A stretch of 32,115 nt of DNA, taken from the sequence record SRR31156797_12723; one strand, given 5' to 3'. Both the position numbers and the translations under genes were made by a program. Of the stretch, positions 20,294 through 27,348 are shown one piece after another. Within the stretch, counting starts at the first letter, position 1. Every line of letters starts with the position of its first letter. The notes below the pieces were generated by a model. It did no database searches. It was given only the letters and a program-made list of their open reading frames with translations, and was not told the DNA's origin.

Positions 20294-20410
20294 ATCATTA
20301 ATTATGCCATCCGGTATAACACATTGAAAAATTGATCATTACGAAAAATGGGCATCTCCCACTTTTGATTTTGGTTGGAGTTTAGGCAAAAAACTGTGCG
20401 AATACGAGCA
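20294..20410 (-). promoter_or_regulatory. Putative sigma54 promoter with IHF-like site and upstream palindrome
   Basis: Minus strand TGGCAT-AATTA-ATGAT (20309-20294), TTTCAATGTGTTA (20329-20317), and TGTGCG-AATA-CGAGCA at 20395-20410. Confidence 0.5.
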
Positions 20411-20471
20411 AGAGATATTTTTGAATAATAGTAACTATTTTGCTGGTTGTAAATATTGAGTATTGTTCATT

Positions 20472-20649
20472 GAGACCCCCTCTAACCTGCATCGCTCGCC
20501 TCGCCATGAAGCGGACCGGCAAGGCGGGCTTCCCCTATGAGAGGGAGGATACCACCGCATCGGCTGCTTCAATGGATTGTGCGTGGGGACTCCCATACCT
20601 TGCAGGGGAAAAGCTGCGCCGAAGGTATCCCTAAGTGAGGGATGGTATC
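20472..20649. repeat. GC-rich multi-hairpin intergenic element (REP/MITE-like)
   Basis: GC-rich patch in AT-rich intergenic DNA. Stems GCTCGCCTCGCC/GGCAAGGCGGGC (20494-20529), CCCT-ATGAG-AGGG and ATCCCT-AAGTG-AGGGAT (20627-20643). Imperfect inverted ends GAGACCCCCTC / GAGGGATGGTATC. Confidence 0.45.
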
Positions 20650-20708
20650 TGAAAGATTTTGGAAATAAAACTACCACCGAATTAATCACGAAAAATATTT
20701 AGAGGGGC

Positions 20709-20740
20709 AAAAAAAGAAGCCCGTCGGGTTGACGGGCTTC
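20709..20740 (-). terminator. Rho-independent terminator of the three-gene operon
   Basis: On the minus strand GAAGCCCGTC-AACCC-GACGGGCTTC is followed by TTTTTTT, 36 nt after the stop at 20777. Confidence 0.9.
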
Positions 20741-20776
20741 AGTAAAAAAAACGATTTAACATTTTGTCACTCAGGC

Positions 20777-23700
20777 TTATTCGATAACAAGCTTTTCGAT
20801 GACCAAACCTTTTTCGTTGGATGCTTTCAGGAAGTAAACTCCTTTTTCGAGTCCTGAAAGATCAATAGATGCATCACCTTTGGTAGTTGTTTCAAAAACA
20901 ACCTGACCGGCGGCATTTAAAATTTCAAGATCGTAGCCATCTGAAGCAGTGATATTGAGCTGGCCTGTAGTTGGGTTCGGGAAAGCTGTGAATGATGAGA
21001 GATCACCACCCGGAATTCCAAGTGCACCAACCTTAAGATCGGATATCAGTGAAACTGCTCCGGCTTCGAATACGCCCTGATTATAATTGCCATCAAAAGT
21101 GGCCTCAAGATGGTATACCTGGTCTTCAGAAGCTTTATAAACCATCAGGTTCATCATTTCGCCCTGGGCCAGACCATCAACAACAGCAGTTGTGAAGTCA
21201 TCACCGTTGGCAACCAATTGCAGGTTTTGATTTCCGCCTTTGTATTCGGAAATTCCGGCAATATTTCCTGAAGCGCCAAACAATCCAATATAGTCGCCGG
21301 GTTCTATATTATCAAGTGCCTTGTTATCAATCGAAATAATATGTGGATTACCAGTATTGGTTACATCCTGCCATGGTGAGTTATTTACAAATGTCTCAAC
21401 CGGTTGTGGGGAAACGGGTGCTTTTGAACTGAAGTCAACAGTCACCGGGTTCAATAAGTTGATGAGGTAACCTATGCCAGGTTCGATGGTTCCAATGGTG
21501 TTCAAACCACCTTCGGGCCAGTAAACCAGCTGGTCCTTAAGCTCGAATGCGTAAACCAGGTCATCTCCCATATCAGCAAAAATATCGGTAGGTAGTGAAA
21601 CCGGAGATAGCACAGGCATAAAGCTGATTCCCGCGGGAAGCTCAACAGTAGTTTCAGCAGGGAATCCATAGAATTCGAGCAATGTAGGTTCGATGATCTT
21701 GATCTTGTAACCTTCATACGAATTCCAGTCACCAATCAGGTTGATGTTCTGTGAAGGCCAGTAAATACCGGTATTTGAAATCAGGATCACCATATCATCT
21801 TCGATCGCTGCAAGTACAGTTTCCATAGCAGGATCTTCAGGAATGATGAAGGATGAAATTCCCAGCCACCCCACAGGAAGTTCCAGCTGCTGGTCAACTT
21901 CGCTGGCAAATGTTATCATTACAGGAATATCCATTGACGGAAGCCCCATCATGTCCATAAAACTACCCATGTACATGTAGCTGCCAAGCGGATAATCTCC
22001 GGGCACACTCAGGAACATTTCGCCATTTCCGGCAAGGAATTGCAAACCATCAACCAGCGTGAAATCCTGATCCATTTCTCCTTCAACCTTGATGTAGAAT
22101 GTAGGTTCTAGACCATTGATGATATCCCACATAATCTCTTCCCAGCCTCCAACGGCATTTTCATCAACACCACGGGCTGCCCAGTATTCGTAGAAACCAT
22201 CAGGAACTGAACCAGGATCGAGATAGAAGGGATACATATCTTCCATTAGCGGAACATTGCTAAAGGTATTTTCACCCAGGTTGAGTGCATAATGTTCAAT
22301 CAATTCATCCAACCGAACCAGATAACCATTCTGAAGGTTACCGAGGGCTGTTTCCCAAATGTTCAGATCTTCTGATACAATAAGTTCTGCTTCAAGTAGC
22401 TCAGGCCTGTAGAATGAAATCATTACCATAATTGGATTGGAAAGCAGACCACCTTCACTTTCAATTATTCCCGAGTAGACATAGTCACCGGTTGGGTAAT
22501 TACCAGGTACCTGCAGATACTGTTCACCTCCGCCGGCAAGGTATTGCAAACCATCAACAAGTGTAAACATCTGATCCTTGGCTAGATCGTCCACTTTTAT
22601 ATAGTAAGTTGGTTCGTTTCCAATAATAATTTGATACATGATTTCTTCCCAGCCTCCTACAGCATTTTCATCAACACCTTTAGCGGCCCACCATACATAA
22701 AAATCATCGGGTACAGAATTTACATCAAGGTAGAATGGATACATTCCTGTTGCCAGTGGCAAATTGGTTGCGGTTTCATCTCCCAGGTTGAAATAATAAG
22801 GATCAACATTATAATTTAACCCTTGCATATAACCACTTTCAATCGTACCGGGAACATCACTCCAATCCATTACGTTTTCCGACACTTCAAGATCGGCATA
22901 GGTAAAGAACACAAATGGGGAGCCTTCCTGGGTTATGGTAAACGTTGCTTCAGTGTTTGCAGCACCAGGTGCGCTGATGGTGATCACTGCCATCCTGTCC
23001 TGATCTGATGGGTTGGCTTCATAATTTACTGTTACCATACCATCGCCTGAACCGTCCATAACATCAGTTGTGAACCAGTTGGCACCATATGTAAGTTCCC
23101 AATCGGCACCAACCATGCCGGCAAAATCAATATCAAATGTTGTTGAGCCACTGGTGTAAGGCACAAGTACCTCAACAGGATCGATCATCATATCCGGGCT
23201 ACCCAGTTCTATATTCACACCTTTTGCCTGATCAGGTGTTTGTATGGTAACAATTCCCTGGAACAATCCCGGATCGAAAGTTAAGGTAGCCGGTGTGGTA
23301 AAAGAAACGGTTATCATTTGTGAGCCACCAGCATCAATCAGATCAACGAAAGCAGGATCGATCGTTATATCACCTGAGGGGATTACATTCCCGTTTTGGT
23401 CTGTCAAGTCAGATGCAAACAGGTCGATATCCACAAGTGGTGTTTCACCGCCTGTTTCGGTGATATCGAAGGTAAACTCATAAAATGTGCTGTATTCAAA
23501 TGGATTGAGCGACACCAGTACCGGATCCAGTTCCATTTGCGGGATTGGCGTTGGTGGCACAACAATAATCACGTTGAGACCTCCAATAGCATTCACAAAA
23601 CCGGTAGCACCAATTGGCGTAAACGGGGGAACCTCTTCCAGCAGGAAGCATTCCTCATCCGTCAACTCATCTTCAAGGTAGGTCTTATAGCAGATTTCTA

Positions 23701-25081
23701 CAGGCTCAGGATCAATGCATGTATTTTTTATCTGAATGCTATAATTTGTTGACTCCTCAACTTCCACTGTTAACTCATAAAAGTCATCGGTTGTTGAAGT
23801 CCATTCGGATAACGGGATATTGGTATACCACTGATCCCCGTCCCAACCAGCCTGGTTACCAAGCTCATCAGAGAATGAAAACTCAAAACAATCATCTGAT
23901 TTGTTCCCATAAGGGTTTGTATTCACTGACATTTTGAGCGTACTTCCAATAGGTACCGACTGTGTTTGAAGACACAATAATGCCAGTGCTGTTTCCATAT
24001 TGGCACCATAACCACCCCAGTCATCCCAGTAGTAGTTTCCATTTCCATCAGTTTTATACAAGCTTTCTACAGTGTTATACAGATATACATACCAATCACC
24101 ACCAGAGAAAATGGTTTTATTGCTGAGGGCCATGGCTTTGGAGAAACCATAAAGGTAGTAGTAATATCCGCCACCACTATAAATTTGTGAGCCGCCAATA
24201 CTTGCCGGATCGATCAATTGATAAAGTGTAAAGTTTTCCAGATAATTGAGGAATTCTGTTTTTAATGCAGAAGCACCCGCAACGCCATGACTACCTGTGA
24301 GTACTGCACCCCAAACACCAGCACATGTCATACCCTGGGGGCGGGTTCCGCATGATTGGTATCCAATGTAGGAATAGTCTCCCGAGACACATTTTCTGCC
24401 CTGGAGGTGGTTATAAACCTTTGTCCAGATATCTTTTTCAGAATAATCCAGAATATCCATAGCCAGATAAACCCATTGGTTTACCGACATATCGCCGGAA
24501 TATTCACCGGTGTAACCCCGGTTATACCGCCAGCTTACTGCATTCCAGGCTTCACTTACGTCCTGCGTATAATAGTTCATACCATTATCAACAGCGGTTT
24601 CAATATCAGTTTTTAGCTGACCGGAAATAAAACCGCCACCATCCAATGGTACTTCCAGGGCAAGTTTAAGTGAAAATATACACATGGCAGTTTCATACCC
24701 ATAATGGCTACTACTGCCGAAGGCCCCAAGATGGGTTCCACTTTGTACCTGCATTCCAAGAATGTAATCTATCGCATTTTGCACAACTGTTCCATACGTT
24801 GGGTCGTCGATATTATGGCCATTCTGCAAAAATGCCTGAAGGCATAAAGCAGAAATACCAGCGCCACCCCAGTCGCCCGGAGTCCTTGACATGGGATACA
24901 AATTGTCTGGGTCGATACTAACACCCATCTCAGGATTGTATCCCTTTGTGGTTGATTGGGAAGAAGCCAGGTAGGCCAATCCCTTGTCGATCAGGACGCT
25001 TTTTTGCGCCTGCGACTGAAAGCTCAGAAGCAGGAAACATCCTGTTAGTAAAACTAAAAGTAAACTTTTGATTTTCATCAT
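20777..25081 (-). CDS. Large T9SS-secreted multidomain protein: N-terminal prenyltransferase/squalene-oxidase-repeat (alpha/alpha barrel) domain, Ig-like and BACON domains, duplicated unknown domains, type A CTD
   Basis: Signal peptide ending SQA-Q. QW-like repeats IDKGLAYLASSQ and VQNAIDYILGMQ...GAF, plus SWRY...GDMSVNQW, GMTCAG and YYYYLYGFSKAM. BACON-like W...NW....GSGDG.VTV.Y.AN....R...ITI......TITQEG. CTD AFPNPT...NAAGQ...GVYFL...KLVIE. Start is 25081 or 25078. Confidence 0.85.
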   Translation of the reverse strand: MMKIKSLLLVLLTGCFLLLSFQSQAQKSVLIDKGLAYLASSQSTTKGYNPEMGVSIDPDNLYPMSRTPGDWGGAGISALCLQAFLQNGHNIDDPTYGTVVQNAIDYILGMQVQSGTHLGAFGSSSHYGYETAMCIFSLKLALEVPLDGGGFISGQLKTDIETAVDNGMNYYTQDVSEAWNAVSWRYNRGYTGEYSGDMSVNQWVYLAMDILDYSEKDIWTKVYNHLQGRKCVSGDYSYIGYQSCGTRPQGMTCAGVWGAVLTGSHGVAGASALKTEFLNYLENFTLYQLIDPASIGGSQIYSGGGYYYYLYGFSKAMALSNKTIFSGGDWYVYLYNTVESLYKTDGNGNYYWDDWGGYGANMETALALLCLQTQSVPIGSTLKMSVNTNPYGNKSDDCFEFSFSDELGNQAGWDGDQWYTNIPLSEWTSTTDDFYELTVEVEESTNYSIQIKNTCIDPEPVEICYKTYLEDELTDEECFLLEEVPPFTPIGATGFVNAIGGLNVIIVVPPTPIPQMELDPVLVSLNPFEYSTFYEFTFDITETGGETPLVDIDLFASDLTDQNGNVIPSGDITIDPAFVDLIDAGGSQMITVSFTTPATLTFDPGLFQGIVTIQTPDQAKGVNIELGSPDMMIDPVEVLVPYTSGSTTFDIDFAGMVGADWELTYGANWFTTDVMDGSGDGMVTVNYEANPSDQDRMAVITISAPGAANTEATFTITQEGSPFVFFTYADLEVSENVMDWSDVPGTIESGYMQGLNYNVDPYYFNLGDETATNLPLATGMYPFYLDVNSVPDDFYVWWAAKGVDENAVGGWEEIMYQIIIGNEPTYYIKVDDLAKDQMFTLVDGLQYLAGGGEQYLQVPGNYPTGDYVYSGIIESEGGLLSNPIMVMISFYRPELLEAELIVSEDLNIWETALGNLQNGYLVRLDELIEHYALNLGENTFSNVPLMEDMYPFYLDPGSVPDGFYEYWAARGVDENAVGGWEEIMWDIINGLEPTFYIKVEGEMDQDFTLVDGLQFLAGNGEMFLSVPGDYPLGSYMYMGSFMDMMGLPSMDIPVMITFASEVDQQLELPVGWLGISSFIIPEDPAMETVLAAIEDDMVILISNTGIYWPSQNINLIGDWNSYEGYKIKIIEPTLLEFYGFPAETTVELPAGISFMPVLSPVSLPTDIFADMGDDLVYAFELKDQLVYWPEGGLNTIGTIEPGIGYLINLLNPVTVDFSSKAPVSPQPVETFVNNSPWQDVTNTGNPHIISIDNKALDNIEPGDYIGLFGASGNIAGISEYKGGNQNLQLVANGDDFTTAVVDGLAQGEMMNLMVYKASEDQVYHLEATFDGNYNQGVFEAGAVSLISDLKVGALGIPGGDLSSFTAFPNPTTGQLNITASDGYDLEILNAAGQVVFETTTKGDASIDLSGLEKGVYFLKASNEKGLVIEKLVIE

Positions 25082-25119
25082 GAATCCTCCTAAATTAAAT
25101 TATAAATGGATAATGTGGG

Positions 25120-26298
25120 TTATTTAGACTTAAAAATCATCTTCCGTTTTTTCACCGTTGTGCTTTGGGGCAAACCGGCAATTTGTTCCAGTGCCAGAAT
25201 TGAATAGGCTGTAACTAATACCGGGTTATTTTCCCACCAACGGCCGTTTTCATTAATCCAGAATCCTTCCGGTTTTTGTATTTTAATGATCTGGTTGGCC
25301 AGATCGTTTCGCCAATCATGCGTGCTGCCTTCCTGGTCGGTTAAAACTTCTTCACCAAAGGCGTCCAGTGACTTGGCCATAGTTTGATAGAAATAATACA
25401 ACCCCTGGTTTCCCATTCTCGGGGTAGTTTCTACCGAATAATTCGACCTGATCCAGTTGTAGGCCTCCTGAACACGCTCATCGTCTTTTTGAACGTTTGC
25501 ATATATCAAACTCTTAAGCCCGGCATAGGTCATACTGCCATAGGAATTGGTTTCGCCCGCTTTACTTGCCCCGGGTTCATACATAAAACCACCATCATTG
25601 GCAGCGTATGCCTCAGGATTTACACTTTCCAGGTTTTGACACTTGGCCAGGAAAACCAATGCTTTATCGTAAAACAGCTTTTTATTTTGCATACGCTGTT
25701 TTTCTTCTGTTGTCAATTTTCGCTCAGGATCAACATTTTTCATATCGTCAACCGACATGGCCTCGATGGCCCACTGGAGGTTTGAAAGGTCAGGACGTTC
25801 ATCGCCACCATATCCAACACCGCCGTAAAAAGTGCTGTCGGTTGTAAAATCATCACTTTCATCAATTTGTAATCCCATCAGGAAATCCTCAGCATTTTTG
25901 ATGATTGGATCGAATTCTGCAAAATTCGCATCTTTAAATGCCATCAGGCAGATGGAAGTATTGTAATTGGGCATATCATCGAGGTAGATACCGCCATCGG
26001 GCTTTACACAACTTTTCAGGAATTCAAAACCATTTTTAATCACCGGCTCGTTGATGGTAATACTTGGATGAGCCCGTAAATAGGATGATAATACCAATGC
26101 GGTTATTGCAGGATAATGTTGCCATGAGCCATCATCCTCCTGCTGACTATGTAGCCATTTTAGGCCTTCTTTGATTGAATGGTCAATTTCCTTGGCCAGC
26201 GAAAGGTCGACTTTGGGTTCTGTAGCCTGTGCTACAGTTTGTTGAAAGGGTAAAAGAAATGCAATTAAAACCAGAAAGTAAGTAAAATATCTATTCAT
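25120..26298 (-). CDS. Exported prenyltransferase/squalene oxidase repeat (terpene cyclase/mutase-fold) protein
   Basis: Signal peptide ending TVA-Q. QW repeats GLKWLHSQQEDDGSW, GFEFLKSCVKPDGGI and IIKIQKPEGFW. Also GGVGY...PDLSNLQW, DGGFMY...YGSMTYAGL and GLYYFY. ATG 26298 (10 bp after the upstream stop) preferred over 26322. Confidence 0.85.
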   Translation of the reverse strand: MNRYFTYFLVLIAFLLPFQQTVAQATEPKVDLSLAKEIDHSIKEGLKWLHSQQEDDGSWQHYPAITALVLSSYLRAHPSITINEPVIKNGFEFLKSCVKPDGGIYLDDMPNYNTSICLMAFKDANFAEFDPIIKNAEDFLMGLQIDESDDFTTDSTFYGGVGYGGDERPDLSNLQWAIEAMSVDDMKNVDPERKLTTEEKQRMQNKKLFYDKALVFLAKCQNLESVNPEAYAANDGGFMYEPGASKAGETNSYGSMTYAGLKSLIYANVQKDDERVQEAYNWIRSNYSVETTPRMGNQGLYYFYQTMAKSLDAFGEEVLTDQEGSTHDWRNDLANQIIKIQKPEGFWINENGRWWENNPVLVTAYSILALEQIAGLPQSTTVKKRKMIFKSK

Positions 26299-26308
26299 AA
26301 AATCAAGT

Positions 26309-27040
26309 TTATAATTTCTCAATAATCAATTTGACACTTTTTCCAACAGTAAGCTGTGCTGCCTTATTCACATAGAAAAGTTCATCGTTGAACTTGGATT
26401 GAGTATTCAATTCCATCATGGCTACCGGGTCATGATAAGTGGCTATCATGGTAACATCCGGCTCAACCATTACATAGCCACTATTATGTGTTGCTGCACC
26501 GCGAAACAACCATGTGGACGGCTTTAGTGTTTGTTTTATCGACTCATCATAAATGAAATCTGCCAGTGGCTTTTTTATGGCTTTCCCATCTTTTTCTAAA
26601 GTAAGGAAAATCTTAACGGCGTCGCCATCAGTTTCAATACTGCTAAACTGATCATTATTGTTGATTTTAGAAGGATCATCAGGAACCTCATTCACAGGAT
26701 CGAGGCCCAACAATAAAAGTGCAGTCTGAAATTCGAGTGGTGAAATGTCTGTAACCAGTAAACTTTCATGAACTTTGCCTTCTTTTCTGCACAGTACCAC
26801 TTCAATGAGGCCTTCACTCATGTTTATCCTGCAGGGAATTTCAACGGTACCAAGCGAGGTATTGATCGTCATTTCACTCAGTTGATACAAATCTTCACCT
26901 ACTTTTTTCAGGATATCTTCAGGGTTTTCCTGTTGTGCTATACCCTTTTCAGAAATAATCAATAAGGGTATTACAAACAATAATATAAGCAGCGATTTGA
27001 AAATGACTTTAAAATTTCCTAGCGTTAAATCTTTTTGCAT
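26309..27040 (-). CDS. Exported protein, probably YdjY-like domain
   Basis: Hydrophobic N-terminus ending GIA-Q. Segment LIEVVLCRKEGKVHESLLVTD...FQTALLLLGL and WLFRG resemble YdjY-domain proteins as I recall them (not verified by search). ATG 27040 preferred because the ORF-track start 27082 lies inside the -7 box. Confidence 0.6.
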   Translation of the reverse strand: MQKDLTLGNFKVIFKSLLILLFVIPLLIISEKGIAQQENPEDILKKVGEDLYQLSEMTINTSLGTVEIPCRINMSEGLIEVVLCRKEGKVHESLLVTDISPLEFQTALLLLGLDPVNEVPDDPSKINNNDQFSSIETDGDAVKIFLTLEKDGKAIKKPLADFIYDESIKQTLKPSTWLFRGAATHNSGYVMVEPDVTMIATYHDPVAMMELNTQSKFNDELFYVNKAAQLTVGKSVKLIIEKL

Positions 27041-27079
27041 GTTAATGAAATTGGTACTATAATTATATACAATAACGAG

Positions 27080-27112
27080 CAAAGCTAAGAAAAAAAAACT
27101 TTCATACCTAAA
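27080..27112 (-). promoter_or_regulatory. Housekeeping-type promoter for the three-gene operon
   Basis: Minus strand TTTA-N21-TAGCTTTG with a perfect TAnnTTTG -7 box at 27087-27080. Confidence 0.6.
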
Positions 27113-27272
27113 TATCAGGACTATGTTAACAGAATTTTTATAACTTTTTATAAAATATCTAAAATACGATTACATATAGCAAATAAATACCTATATAAAT
27201 GTGTTTATCGCATTTATCTAAAAATATCCGGATTTCAGAAAAAAGAAAATCTGTTACAGGGTTGCTGTTATC

Positions 27273-27303
27273 TTTAATTTTAATGAAATTTCATTTATTT
27301 TTG
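27273..27303 (+). promoter_or_regulatory. Housekeeping-type promoter for TonB-dependent receptor 1
   Basis: TTTA-N19-TATTTTTG (27296-27303), ending 45 nt before ATG 27349. Confidence 0.55.
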
Positions 27304-27348
27304 CCCGCAAACAGAAACAAAGTATTGCAAAAATATAAAGACTGGAAT

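Noticed and set aside
20435-20689. 84-aa and 64-aa ORFs in the intergenic gap
   Set aside because: They overlap a GC-rich palindromic element that suppresses stop codons, and the translations have no protein-like motifs.
25037-25051. Lipobox-like LLTGC in the 1434-aa protein
   Set aside because: The hydrophobic stretch continues past the Cys to an SQA-Q signal peptidase I site and the protein has a T9SS CTD, so a lipoprotein is less likely. SignalP would decide.
23960-26298. Hopanoid/sterol biosynthesis or alpha-2-macroglobulin thioester interpretation of the barrel proteins
   Set aside because: No DxDD motif, single barrels with signal peptides, no hpn or squalene synthase genes in the window, and no CxEQ thioester motif.
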